Shown here: piece by piece, positions 12,131 through 25,005 of the stretch
Numbering within the stretch: position 1 is the first letter of the stretch
Layout: each line of letters begins with the position of its first letter
NCBI GenBank assembly: GCA_030390025.1
Contig: CM059432.1
Location: 102,178,001-102,242,000 of the forward strand
Direction: 5' to 3'
Source: Squalus acanthias
Taxonomy: Eukaryota
DNA length: 64,000 nucleotides
Made by a program: the position numbers and the translations under genes
Notes under the pieces: generated by a model
Database searches by the model: none
Seen by the model: the letters and a program-made list of their open reading frames with translations, nothing else
What the model was told of the DNA's origin: nothing

Positions 12131-13002
12131 ATGAAACTTTGCATTTGAAATGTTGCATTGCTTGTCTATTTGTGATGACATTTTGCATTGTTTTATTTTG
12201 TAAGGGGTTCGGAGTTGGTGGGGTGATAGAATCCTTTATTTATGTGTATCTGCAGGAGAAAAATACAAAAACAAGAACTGCAGAGAAAGGGTCAATTTGA
12301 AGATTAGAAATCCTGGTAGGACTGTACCAGTAGCATCTTGGAAGGTCTGTACCATCAGCCAGGGCAGGAGGGGACCTCTGTAGAACAATGCCCAGGGGCT
12401 GTTAAGTAACACTAAGATTTATTGCAGTGATGCTTAAACAGATGCAATTTGTTTTTGATGGCCACCTTCTAGCTCATTGGAACAGATTTGTTATTCGATA
12501 ATTGTAGATGTGTGTTATTTCCTCTCCCTTTCTCTCTCTAAGGTATTACAAATTTGTACCCCTAACCATGCAGGAAGGAATTGAAAGGCAGATCATATAA
12601 TGAGATAGAGAGAGAGAGAGAGAAATCAAATGAGAGAACAAGAAAAAATGTAGAAACATGGTGCAAAGTGTCAATTAAAATCGAACAGATTCATAGTGGA
12701 AAGTTAAAGGCCTAAAAATTGGATATGGCCCAAAAACGGGCGGTGTCATGGGCCAGCACTATTTGGCTGTGGACGTTCAAAGTGGTGCAGGCAGCATGCA
12801 AAATTTGTGCTGCCTGCTCATTTATATGATTGTAGTGCTGGTCCCGGTGCTAAACGCGCCACTGGTTGGCTTGCCATTCAACAGGTAGGCCAATGTCGGG
12901 TGCAGTTTAATGGCCAGTAATGTTTGGCCTAGTCTCTCTCCACTAGTTAAAGGGGAGGTGCTTTGATGCAGCAGCACTTCATTGTCATTGGAATTGGAAG
13001 AC

Positions 13003-14787
13003 ATGGGTCAGCAGTAAAACAGGGAACGAGCCAGAAGGTTCTCTGATGCAGCTCTCGAAGCATTGGTAGTGGCAATGGAGGGAAAGTGGGGTGTCCTGTT
13101 CCCACAGGGTGGCAGGATGCCATCAAAGCACACTTCCAGAAGGCTGTGGCAAGAGATAGCTGGGTACGTCACAGCCAACAGTGTCGTAACGTGGACATGG
13201 ATCCAGTGCCACAAGAAATTTAATGACCTCACACGGCAGGTCAAGGTGAGTGAAGGCTTCAGCATCTGCACAACAAGCCTCACACACTGCTCAATGCACC
13301 ACACCCCCATCACTCACCTATCAACGATCGCTACCTATCACCACTTATACCTCATAATTATAGCTTCACTTCACCCTCACCACTGCTGTAACACTCACAT
13401 CCGACACCTTGCACACACTGACAGTTATTCAACTATGACAGGCACATCACCCAAACACATTGCAATACACTTACTGAAACACTTCCCTTACTCGTGCAGG
13501 CCAAGGTGATTCACAACCGCCGCGAGTAGCGGCAGATGGGAGGAGGCCAAGCCGCTTTACAGGCCTTGAGCCAACTGGAGGAGACAGTGCTCGACATCCT
13601 TGGAGGGGAAGTCAACGAGGCCGTAGCAATGGGCGAAGTTGAAGCCCTTGGGGACAATAGCGATATGGTCATTCCTAATCCTTCGTCTTACATCCCACTT
13701 CACCTCATCCCACAATCTCTTCTCACTTAGCTGCTGATGGTGTATGCATGGATATCTTGCTTTCCCCCTCTCCCCTCACCATAACCCGACTCTTGTGCCT
13801 TTCTGTTTTGAGATGACCAAGAAATGCCACCAGCACAGCCTGTCCCCGAAGTCATGGAGGAGAATGGAGATGAAGAAGAAGGTTCACCGTCACTGCATCT
13901 GACACCAGCTCAGAAACTGGCACTGCGCAGAATTTAGAGGGTAGTATCGAGGCAGGATCTGCACGTGGTGAGGCACTGGGCACGAGTAGGCTGCAGCAAG
14001 GACAGGGGGAAAGAATAGCACGGGGGCCAGTTCCCTGGAGGGCGAGTTCGCGCACGAGTTATGCTGCACATTACTCAGATGATGACCCCGATGAGGCAGC
14101 CTTCAGAAGAAGAGTGATGGGCCTGCCAGAGAGCCTCTGGCAGAGAGCTCAATGTCAAGGAGCATGGAGGAGTCCGGCTCCAACATTGGATGGGGCTTTG
14201 TGCAGAGCTTGGAGCACATGATTTCCAGGATGGAAATGATGGACAACTCCAGGAGAGAACTTGTGGACTCAGCCATAATGCTGCATGTGATAGGCGATGT
14301 CGCGGCTTCCATTGCCGCACAGGTGGAAGCGATGCAACGTCTCACAGCTGCAGTGGAAGCTCAGGTTGTTGCCATAGTGGCTGGGTTTACGAGTGTCAAA
14401 AGGCGCTTGCAGTGTGTTGCAGCAGGCCAGCAATCTGTCCTCCAACAAATTGCTAGGAATGCTGAGGCGCCACCCTGGGGGAGTGGCAGTGGGTCAGTGA
14501 AGCAGGAACCTGCTGTCCTCTCTCAGGATGACAGCATTCCTACACCCACCACTGCCACTCTGTCATTGCCCTTGCCACTGACTGTCAGCCAGCCAACCCA
14601 GACTGCTGCCGCCCATGCTGAGGTGGTGCAGTCTACAGCCGGGCCATCTCGGTCCACAGCTGGTCGAGGTCATCCTGCAAGGCCATCTGTAGTCTCCCCC
14701 ATGGAAACTCAGCAGCCTTTCACCAGCAATGCTGCAGCCACTGGGGGAGCACTGCATAGGAGCACCAGTGTAGGAAAGGGCAAATGA
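13003..14787 (+). pseudogene. Harbinger Myb/SANT-like DNA-binding protein; 3 exons (13003-13245, 13500-~13662, 13813-14787)
   Basis: RARRFSDAALEALV..LWQEIA..TWIQCHKKFNDLTR; donor AAG|GTGAGT at 13246, acceptor TGCAG at 13499; exon 2 MGGGQA..LSQLEETVLDILG; in-frame stops at 13015 and 13527; second donor decayed to ATATGG. Confidence 0.85.
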
Positions 14788-15125
14788 ATGACAGGCACTA
14801 AGGGATTGCACAAGTGTGATTGTATTGTAATGTTGTATTGTAATGTTAATCGAATACTGATAAATTTATTAACTTTGTTTGGAATGTTTGTTTTGTGGTG
14901 GCTCTCATTTCAGCTTTATGCACAGGAGGAAGCTGAGATTCCATGACAGAGGGATGGTATCATGGGGATGTGGTTGATGGGGATGTGGTGAGCAACGAGG
15001 ATCTGAGGTTTCATTCACTCAAATCGGAGTCTGATGAGAGGTTCATGGACAGCACGTCCGGAAGGGGGATTTGCTGCCTGCCTCCTCCCTTCCTCATCAT
15101 CCTCCTCTTCTTCTTCCTCTTCCTG

Positions 15126-16209
15126 TTACTCCTCTCCCTCTTCCTCCTCCTCTCCCTCATCCTCATCCTGAGGTGATCCCGCAATCCCTGCTGTCAAGGG
15201 CTGCACTCTCATGATTGCCAAGTTGTGAAGCATGCAGCAGACCACTACGAAATGGGACAGCCACTCCGGCGAGTACTGGTGGGCTCTTCCTGAGCGGTCA
15301 AGGCAGCAGAACCGTTGCTTCAGCAGCCCAATGGTCTGCTCGATGATGTTCCTGGTGGTAGCATGGCTCTCATTATATGAATGCTGGGCATGAGTGGTGG
15401 GGTTGCGGAGGGGAGTAATCAGCCAGGTGCAGAGCGGATAGCCCTTGTCTCTGAGCAGCCAACCTCGAGTTTCATGTGGTGGCTGGAAGATTTGCTGGCA
15501 CACCAGACTGGCACAGGATGAAGACATCATGACTGCTGCCAGGATAGTCGGCATTGACCATCAGGATGCACTGGGCGTGGTTGCATAACAACGGCACATT
15601 GCGTGAGTGGTAGCCTTTGCGGTCACGAAAGATCTCAGGATTGGTATTCAGCGCCCGCAAAGCCATGTGGGTGCAGTCGATGGCGCCCTGCACCATGGGG
15701 AAGCCCGCTGTCCTGGCAAAGCCACATGCACGCTCCTCCTGGTTCTCTCTGTTCAGAGAGAAGAGAATGTAGTCCCTTCTCCTAGACTACACAGCCATCT
15801 GTGACCTCCCGTATGCAGCGATGGACGGCGAACTGGGAGATGTTAGCTATGTCTGCTGCTGCAGACTGGAAGGATCCACTGGCGAAGAAATTGAGGGCCA
15901 CGGTGACCTTGACTGCCACTGGGAGAGCCGTGGTCACCCTGCTCTCAGGCTACAGGTGTGGTTGCAGGAGGGGGCAGAGTTCTGTGACCACCTCCTTGGT
16001 GAAGCGGAGCCTCCTAATTCACTGCTCCTCGCTTAAGTGGATATAAGAGAAGTGCTCTCTGAAGACGCTAGGTGGGTAAGGCCTCCTGTTGAGAGCCCTC
16101 CTGGCCCTCCTCCTCCTCCCTCTGCGCGTATCTTCTCGTCTTCTTCGCTGCCTCCGCTCCCTCTCCCTAAGTACTCGAGCGTGAGGGGGACTGACAGTAG
16201 AGCCCCCAT
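15126..16209 (-). pseudogene. Harbinger DDE transposase (HARBI1-family), frameshifted
   Basis: [89 protein letters not shown], spread over several frames. Confidence 0.93.
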
Positions 16210-17449
16210 GAATGTGAGCAAGTGATGTGAGCAGAAGCCTTTAAATGAGAATGAAGGAGTTCTCCACTTGCACCAACACTCCATCACCTCAGGTACTTGA
16301 AACAAGTTTAGAAAGCTGCTAGAGTTGCAGAAAGTTACACAGAGTCAGTCAAACTAAACAAGAATGTCAGGTGCAAGGTGTTGCTGACAATTCCTTTCAA
16401 TAGATGCTGCTGGAGGCTCCTTCCTGTTTGTGAATGCTTGGCCAGCTGGTCGTAATTAGGCCAGTAAGTGGAGCGGTGAACTCGAAAATGGCAGACCAGG
16501 TGTCAGGTGAGTGTTGCACCCTCACTGACATCATGATCTGCATAATCTACATATCCCCAGCGAGTGCGGACATCGGCAGCGCTGCCACCCAGCCAAAAAT
16601 GGCGGCCGCCGCGGGACCCACCGGCATTAGGCAGAAGTGAGGCGGCTGCCATGTTTTTTTCCAAAACGGGCCTGAACGGCCAGCGCTAAGCCCTAGAATT
16701 TCTAGGCCAAAGTTCTTAACCCTCTCTGTGACCGAAGTATTAGAAATATTTCAGTAAAAATGTTTGTAAGTGATTTCTGAAAAAAATATAGGTGCAGTGA
16801 AGCAGGTTTCACCTGCAATACACAACTGGATGATTATTCACAGCAGGCTCTGCCACAGAAAATGTTTACATAATCAAACATTTCTTAATCACTCTGACTG
16901 CTTGTGTTGCTGCAACTATATTTTATGAAGCCCTTTTAATAAGTATCTTTATTGCACTGTAGTTAAAAACCAATCTCTTGTCTGTAGTTTCCTGAGACAA
17001 AATGACAGTCACAGTTTTCATAATGGGGAGGCTGGAGTTGTGCATGATGCAATGACACTTGATTTTGTTGCTTGCTTTCAGTAAATCTAAATTAGTAATA
17101 GTTCTTCAGTAAAAAGAACTGTCAAGTGGGAAACCTGCACCTACAACATCATTGGTTCTTTTCTGAGGAGGGAACCTCAAAATAATTAAAACAAAAATGA
17201 AAGGGGCTGAAAGGAAAATATATGCACATGAAATGGAACCATTGGAAACTTTGACCAGTAACAGTGGAACAACAAAATAAATGAACTCCCAAGTAGTGGA
17301 GAAGAACAGAGGAAGACAAGTAGCTTTTACATTTGACCCATTGAAAAAGACAATACCACCTGGCTTGCTGCTTGTCAAATTTTAAAACATTAGGAACTAA
17401 AAAAATATAAAGCACATTAAGTGCAAAAGACTTTTTTTTAACCTGCATT

Positions 17450-17742
17450 CTCTGTCACCAGCTCCAGCCCAAAAACTCCCTTCCTGAACTCTCAATTCCT
17501 CTTGTGTATGGCCCCTCCCTTCCACCAACCATTGGCAGCCGTGCTTTCAGTCACCTGGCTCCACGCTCTGGAATTCCCTGCCTCTCCATCTCCCTCCTCT
17601 CCTTTAAGACCCTTATTAAAACATACCTCTTTGACTAAGCTATTGGTCATCCCTCCTAATATCGTTAACTTTTTTGATTATACCTCCGTGAAGCACTTTG
17701 GGATTGTTTTCTATGTTAAAGGTACTATATAGGTACAAGTTT
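17450..17742 (+). mobile_element. L2 LINE 3' end
   Basis: GRAFS..APxLWNSL-like coding end (CGTGCTTTCAGT..CTCTGGAATTCCCT..TTAAAACATACCTCTTT) and tail GTGAAGCACTTTGGG..TAAAGGTACTATATA. Confidence 0.75.
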
Positions 17743-19523
17743 TATCCCTACAGTTTTACTTTATGATTTTTTTTCTCTGAGGAAACAAGCAAGTCAAGGG
17801 TCCAGGTATATTGCTTTGATGCAAAGCTGTTAAGCTGGCGTATCCAAGTGAAATCAGGAGTATAAGTAGGGTGTTAGGTCACTGATCTGATTATCAAGTA
17901 CACTGAAACAGAGTGCAATTTGACTTTGGATGGAGTACCATTAAATCCAGTCTGGTGACAAGCCATGTTTTAAAAGGGCCCAGTGGACCTCCTGGGAATT
18001 TTATACATTTATTTTTCCATCTTTCTGTGCTCTCTCAACATTAGTCAACTGGGCAGCAGAGGCATGCGCATGAGTCCAAGAATGCAAGCACAGTGCTCTT
18101 TTCTCATTGAGCTCCACGTGATCCACCCCTGGTGGTATATCTCTGACTTGCCTTGCTGAGGGTAACATGCTTGAGTTACTGGTCTGAGATCATACAGCTG
18201 AACCTGTGATCAGGTGCTCCCTGTAAAGAATAGGGCTCAGAGTGCAGTCAGATTGGGCAACTGTGGGCCCACAGCCCATCTATTGTGGATAGAGAAATCA
18301 TGGGCTATGGCCCAACCTCTGCTGTGAGCACTACATCTCACTGGAGTGCCCATTCATGGAATCAATCCTCATATCCGTAATTTAAGTACAGCCAGGGATG
18401 TCTTTGGAAATCTATCCATAAAAGGTGAGTGCAGTTTGAAAATAAACATCTGCTGCTGTGTAGATAGTTCAATTCATAACAGAAGATCTCACAGTTGGGT
18501 AAATAAATGTCATCATTTGGAGATTAGAGCTGCAAGATTGAATGATTAAGTCAAACGAGTTTTAATGTAGTACTAAAATAGCAGATCTCAATGTTTAAAC
18601 TTGCATTGTCCATTTGGTCAGTTTAATTGACATGGTATGTGATTGAATTGTCCATCTGTCAGATTAGAGGACCAATCTTTTATGGTTAATCATGGAGAAA
18701 AAATGTTTGCGCCCCTCTGACACTGCTTTTCTGAAACATTTACCATTATTTACCGCTCACAGCTCTTCTCAACAAATTCAAATTTGTATCTCACATATCC
18801 AATAATCTATCCTGTATCACCTCTGCACAGTCAAGCCTCAGTGGGTCTATGTCTATTTTGTTTGTGTTTATTGTGCAACAGGCCAATGCGCTCTCAAGAA
18901 AACATCTGATTCACTGGCCCAGAAAAATTCTGTAAGATCATTTGACCTTTTTTGTGCAGGCATTACATTTTCAGAAAACTGAATGCCACGTTTGAGTAAA
19001 CAAAGTGGTATGCTGAATCATAAATGTAATAAATTGGGTATTATAGGGAGCTGCAATAGAAACCTGAGAGTCACATGGAGTCTACTATTGAAGGAATCTT
19101 GCAGTCAGCGCTAGACATACCTAGAGATAGGCTATAGCCAACCATGAGGGACGTTTTTCTCTGATCTCATATAGAGTATGATGGTTGTCTGCAGACAGGT
19201 CACTGGCAGCAGAGAGCGGATGCTAATTGCCAGTGGGCTAAATAGGAACTTCATTGGAAGAAGCTTGACACAAACTTAGGTCAGCAAACCGGTCCACGGT
19301 GTCAGATCGACACATCTTTAAATGCCCCACTCAAAAGTAACAAACGTTCCGTAGCTACTATTTGAAGGATGCAGCACAGCTTGTCCCTTTAATATTTATG
19401 TTATCAAACATCATCATTTATCAGGGGTTCAAAAGAACTTTTCATCATGCCAAGTGCCATCAAACACTCCTGGAAATGAGCGCTCGCTCCCTATGAGACA
19501 AAATGTGAGTCTCTAGTAATATG

Positions 19524-20360
19524 GGCTGGAATTTTTACCATTGAGTCGGGTCATGTGCATGTGGGCCGTGTAGCCGGTCGCCATTATGAACGTTTCATCG
19601 GCGCGTTCTCCACTGTGCGTTTAACTGAATTAGATCAATTGAATGAGTCATGCCGGTTTCTCGACCAGTTACCTGGAATGGGTCTGATGATGTCACCGAT
19701 GACTCGCCTTCAGCCCAGATATTTAAAGGAGCCTTGCACACATCACAGTTGAAGGTTGTTGTAGGAGGCTCAGAGGTGGTTGGGAGTGGTGCCTGTGCCT
19801 ATCCATCCAAGACTTGGTATGAATCTGAGGTCCAAGGTGAAACAGCATAAGCGGCACCCACACTGATCTGATAGATGTCAGGTAAAGTGGAGATCCTTCA
19901 ATGTACTGCTAGTGACTAGCAATGTGGTGAGAGTAGTTTTTGAGGTTGCAGAAATCACCTGCAAATTCCTGAAAGCAAAATCTCTGCACAAAATGGTGTC
20001 AGCAAGAGCCTTTCCCTTAGGCAAGGAAGCAGGTGTAAGGTGTGTGTATTTAAATGATTTTTCCAGCTGTCACTTAATGACATACCACAATGGTCACTGA
20101 GCTCCCACTTTGCCTTCACAGGTGAGCTTCACGAAGTCCATGAATCCCGTGCACAACCCATTTAAAGGTCTCTCAACAAACAGCTAATTACTTCAATAAG
20201 GTCGCCCGCCTCTCCCGAGTGGGTCCGTGGCACGCTTCGAACAGTTAAATGTGGAAGTCGGCGGGATGAAGGCGGGTTCACGACACGCTGTCAATTTCAG
20301 CACTTTTAATGGCCGACCCGCTCCCAAACCCACACTCTCTGCAATGTGAAAATTCCGGCC
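19524..20360. mobile_element. Harbinger-type non-autonomous element
   Basis: TIRs GGCTGGAATTTT / AAAATTCCGGCC, TSD ATG. Confidence 0.75.
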
Positions 20361-20559
20361 ATGATGTTTACTGGGGTTAATCAGAATTTTTTGTTACTGT
20401 AAATAGCCACTGAACTACCACACATCCTATTCTGTTCTCCTACTCTTCAGATAGGAGTAAACTGGACGGTTATCTGTACAATAATAGCTTAATATGCAGT
20501 AGTAAACATGGAAACTGAAAGGAACATCTTTCCTGACAAACCTTCTTGACTTCTTTTGA

Positions 20560-21255
20560 GGATGTGACAACCCAGCTTTTCTGTGGAACGTCGTAAACTT
20601 CTGAGTGGCATTTGACAAAGTTCCACAGGATAGCTATCCGTTAAACTCAAAGGTGTGGGGATTCAGGGTAAATCCTGGGAATAGGCAAGAACTTGACTGA
20701 AGGGTAGAATACAAGAATTTATTGCAGGGATAATAATTGGGATAGGGATAAAGAACTGAATGGGGTACCCCAGGGATTAGTGTTGCAACTATAATACTGC
20801 TAATAATTTACAATGATTTGGATTTGGAGACAATACCAAACTAGGAGGAGGGAGTGGAATCAGAAGAGGCAGTTCACAAATTACAGAATGAGTTGGAGAA
20901 AATATATATGTGGGCAGAACAATGACTGATGAAATTTAACTCAGACAGTGTAAGTATAGCACATAGAAAGGAAAAACGGGCAACACGGAATCCATGAACG
21001 GTGTTAAAATCGCTAAAGATGAAATTGGAAAAGCCCGAGGAGTCTTAGTAGATGCTATACTAAATATGTACAACCAATGTAGAGCAGCAATCAACAAAGC
21101 CAACAGAATATTGAACTATATAGCCAGAATGGTAGAATGCAAGTCAGAGGAAGTAGTGATCAAATTGTACAGCATTCTTGTCAGACTGCATCGGGTATTG
21201 TGTACATTTCTGGCCAAGACACAACGGAAACATTTAAGCCATGAGTCGGACTCCG
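20560..21255 (+). mobile_element. Old CR1 RT fragment
   Basis: AFDKVP, GVPQGLVL and ORF 20994-21326 (AAINKANRILNYIARMVECKSEEVVIKLYSILVRLH). Confidence 0.8.
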
Positions 21256-21256
21256 A

Positions 21257-22430
21257 GGGCGCAAAATTGGGCTTGGTAGCGCCCATTGTTTGGGATACTA
21301 TGGGTGCTGTTCGGGGATCAAAATGAAGTCTGCTGTGCGCGCACACAATTCTGCCACGTATCGCGCTGGACACCATCTTGGTGAACGCATTCGCACGCAT
21401 GCAGCTAACGTTGGCCAGAAGTATGCAGAGTAGGCAGATCATGACGTCAATCAGCATGCCGACGTCCTCTTTAACTTCGCACAGCTGAACACACATTAAG
21501 CAGCAGGAAGGACTCCCCACCAGCACTATTTAAAGTATCATCAACTACTTACAGGTTAGTTGCTGGTTGATTTCTTCTGGCTAGTGCTATGATTCTACAA
21601 ATTCTTGGTGCTTTTCGTAGTTGTTTCAAGTTGCAAAAGTCTACACGGAGTGGTGATGAAGGACTTTTTGCTGACTTCAAAGCTTCTGCACAAACCAATT
21701 GCTCCCAGACATGCGTGCACTAGTAGGTATTCCCCTTGGTATGTGGCATGACTGGGAGAATGAGCAAAGGCCATGCAGAGCAGGACAAGCTGCTAGAAGA
21801 GGGAGGAGGAGGGAGAGAAGGACTCTCAGCAGGAGGCGATATCTGCAGAGGATCTTTAGGGAGCAGATTTGTTGCAGAATAGATTGCAGGAGCCCTGATG
21901 GCAGCAGTCTGATCTTCCACTGCAGCACTCAGACATTGGCTGGCTGTTGCTTGTCCTGCAATGGAAGCTGCCACATTGGCTATCAGACACTGCATCATGG
22001 TTGGATCCTCAAGTGTGCTAACAGAGTAGGCCACCAGTTCCATGCTGGAAAGGATGGGCTCTTACCTCTGCGCAAAGCTCTGTGCCAAGTTGGTGCTGGA
22101 CTCCTCCATGCTCCCGGATATTGAACGCAGGCTTTCTGGCAGGATTCCCAATGCACAAAGCTTTTGTTGTGCATACCCATCAGCATTCTTCTGTAGACTG
22201 CCCCATTGAAGTCCTCATCTGAGTCCTCTGCAGCAGAACCAGTGTGCGACCTCGCCCTCTTTCAAGCTAGCACCTGCCCTGGCTGCAGCCCACTCATGCT
22301 CAGTGTCTCACCACGTGCAGATCCCGACTCTAATCTATCCTCTAAGATACATGCACTGTCAGTATCTGAGCTGGTGGTTGCGAGTGCGAAATCAAGTGAC
22401 TAAGTCTTCATCATCACTCTCTTCAAAAAA
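21257..22430. mobile_element. Harbinger deletion derivative: transposase N-terminus (+) fused to Myb-partner C-terminal region (-)
   Basis: Starts GGGCGCAAAATTGG; ORF at 21711 MRALVGIPL..RRGRRRERRTLSRRRYLQRIFREQ resembles the 16209 N-terminus; minus-strand ANVAASIAGQ..LSAAVEDQ resembles GDVAASIAAQ..LTAAVEAQ of ORF 14152-14787. Confidence 0.7.
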
Positions 22431-22756
22431 GTACTTAGACTGAAATGCACAAGACTTAACTTTCTATGGTAACTTTAGTTTGTATCTATCGCACAAATAC
22501 AGCAACTTCACACAATTCAATGCATTTCACGGGTGAGCCAGACAGCAAGATGCTGTTTTCGTGAAACTAATGGAGCGGCGCAATGCCAACATCAACTTTT
22601 GAATACTTGAGTTTAACCAAGCATATGCCCCTCATCTGAAGTTGCAGTACCACCTACGCATAAATAACAGCGAGCACCAGTAACCTCACCGTTATTTTGA
22701 CAGCAAAATCTGGGCCATCACTTTTAGAACATTTTGCTTAGAATCATGAATGACTA

Positions 22757-23443
22757 GGGGGGTAAAATTCGGTTGCTTTGCACCTCCAGTTAGCGCCCTA
22801 AGAGGGCGCTAATGGGGCGCAAAGCAACTAGCGCCTGGGTGCGGGGCCAGCAGCTCTCCCGCGAAATTCAGTGGGAGGTTAGCGGTGGTGGTAACCGTTA
22901 GCGCCCCGCGGCACTGCGCCGTCGGCGATGATGTCATCGCTGTGCGCAGCACCCCGCTCATGCCCCGGCCGCGATCTTCGGTGGCGCCCCCGACTTACCG
23001 CCGGACGCTATGTCTGACGGGGTCAGGGGGGCCTACCTGCGGCTGGGGCAGCGCTAGTTAAAGGTAAGGTGGCGGGCGACCATTTTTGTTGCTGGCCGCC
23101 TGCCAGCACCTACCCCCGTTGCCATCCCCGGCCCCCGTGAAGACCCCCTGTGGGGTGTCGGCTGCTCTCCGTGAGCCCGGCACGCCTCTTGAGTGCCGGG
23201 CTCGTTTGCCGGCACTCCCGATCCCTGGTGGCCCAGCTGGGCGCCGGGACGCACTGCACCAGGCCCCTCCCCTTTAAGAAGGGGAGAAAGGCCTGCAGTA
23301 CCGCGACGTGCCGCAGCGCATGGCGCTGAGGCACGTCACACCGCGATATTCCCTCACAGTGCCCCAAGAGGGAGGCGGGGCGCTTCCAGTAGTGCCCCGG
23401 TGAAGTTAGCGTCCCAAAGGGGGCGCGACTCAATTTTTCCCCC
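22757..23443. mobile_element. GC-rich Harbinger-type MITE
   Basis: TIRs GGGGGGTAAAATT / AATTTTTCCCCC, TSD CTA; reverse homologue of 9496-10198. Confidence 0.88.
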
Positions 23444-24893
23444 CTAGATCTTTGGGTGAAATGGCCAAGTTCGGCTCTTGGTAGACCTTCCAGATATGAT
23501 GATGTATGTCCATCCATTGAATTCAGATCCCCTGCCAAGACTAAAGCTATGAGAAATGCCCAGTACTTATTAAGTCCAAGGACCTCTGGCATCTGAGCTA
23601 TCAATCTTCTATGCCATTAGAAGCCCTGCTACAGCAAATTATCCTGATATTTAAGCCTTTAAGGACTGATACCACCTCATTGTTTTTAATGATTGTACTT
23701 GGTGTGTATTCTGTACTATTTAACTTATTAATAAATATGAGCAACTAGTTGGTCTGGTAGCATGGTATTTTTTCTCCTTTTGGGAAAAACATGTCGGCAT
23801 TCCACATAATCTCTAGTGAATATATTTCAATTGGGTTTAATTGTCAAATTGGGCTTGGAACCCAATATTCTATATATTTAACAGGAGCAGGTTTGTGATC
23901 ACAGTAGACTGCCTATAGAAATTGATATTTTACGAATATGAAAAAAAAGCAATGGAAAGGAGTCATCTATTTTTAAGGCCTAACCAAAATTTTCACGCCC
24001 TAATTTTAATGTACGGCAATGTTTAATTTGCATGCACAAGTCACTGCACTTAAAACAACTCATAATATGAATATCTTAAGCAGTTGTGCACTAATCTGAA
24101 CATATGAACACCAATGCAAGGCCAAAGATGTTATGAAGAGAACATTCCAGAAAAGTCAATTTAATTCATTGCCATGATACAGACTGTAGCGACTTCTATA
24201 AAATTGAAAGGATTAATAGAATGCATGATTTCAATTGTCAAAACTACAGGGAAGATAATCCGTTTGCTTAAATTTTCATTATAGTCCCCATGCTTCATTT
24301 ATAAATTAAAGAACTGTGGTTAGTTAATGAGCTGGAGTGAATGATGATCATATGTCAAGAAAATACCGAAATTAGAATTATGTGCAAAGCAAAATAAAAT
24401 CATCCTACTGTAGTACACACTAAACCATACATACTGGCAAGTTGACAGGCAGTAGAATGTAATTAATAAAGTAACAAGTTCTGGACCTTCAAGGCTTTGC
24501 TTATTTTTGTGAGGCAACAAAGCTCGAAATTGAAAGAGTCATTCCTATTGATTTGCACATTGAATTGTCTCATAATCTCACATTGCACAAAATAAATTTC
24601 ACTTCCATCAAGTGCGAATCTCTGCATCTTCAGAAGTACATTAAATAAAGGTCGGGAAGTAGCAAAAAGGAACATAACCACAATGGCACTCTAATGAAAA
24701 GATCCCGACAGACACTGAATGCCAAGTAACTCTAACATGCATTCACATGCAGTTATCCACCTGATGTCAGCTATTGTGCACAGGTCTGACTAAACATTGG
24801 GAAGACCAAAGGCATCGTCTTTGGCCCATGCCACAAGCTCTGTACCCTTGCCACTGTTTCCAGGCTCCCCCTTACCCTAACCCAGATCCCACA

Positions 24894-25005
24894 GGGGGGA
24901 AATTTGGTTGCTTTGTGCCTCCCGTTAGCACCCCGGAAGGGGGGGTGCTAACAGGGCGCAAATCACCTTGCGCCCGGGCGCGGCGCTGCTAACGCCACCC
25001 GCGAA
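24894..25005. mobile_element. Left end of GC-rich MITE truncated by CR1
   Basis: GGGGGGAAATTTGGTTGCTTTGTGCCTCCCGTTAGC matches the termini at 22757 and 10198. Confidence 0.75.

Larger units (their letters stand above)
12709..16708. mobile_element. Full-length PIF/Harbinger DNA transposon (4000 bp), inactivated
   Basis: TIRs GGCCTAAAAATT / AATTTCTAGGCC (11/12 match), AAA on both sides, two convergent genes (Myb/SANT on +, DDE transposase on -). Confidence 0.93.

Noticed and set aside
13003..16209. Domesticated HARBI1, NAIF1 or MSANTD host genes
   Set aside because: Both genes are disrupted and enclosed by TIRs and a TSD, so no gene symbol is assigned
18390..18430. Strong donor AAG|GTGAGT at 18424
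   Set aside because: No convincing upstream acceptor or recognisable frame
23650..24720. AT-rich unique stretch with TAAT motifs, possible conserved enhancer
   Set aside because: Cannot be supported without cross-species alignment
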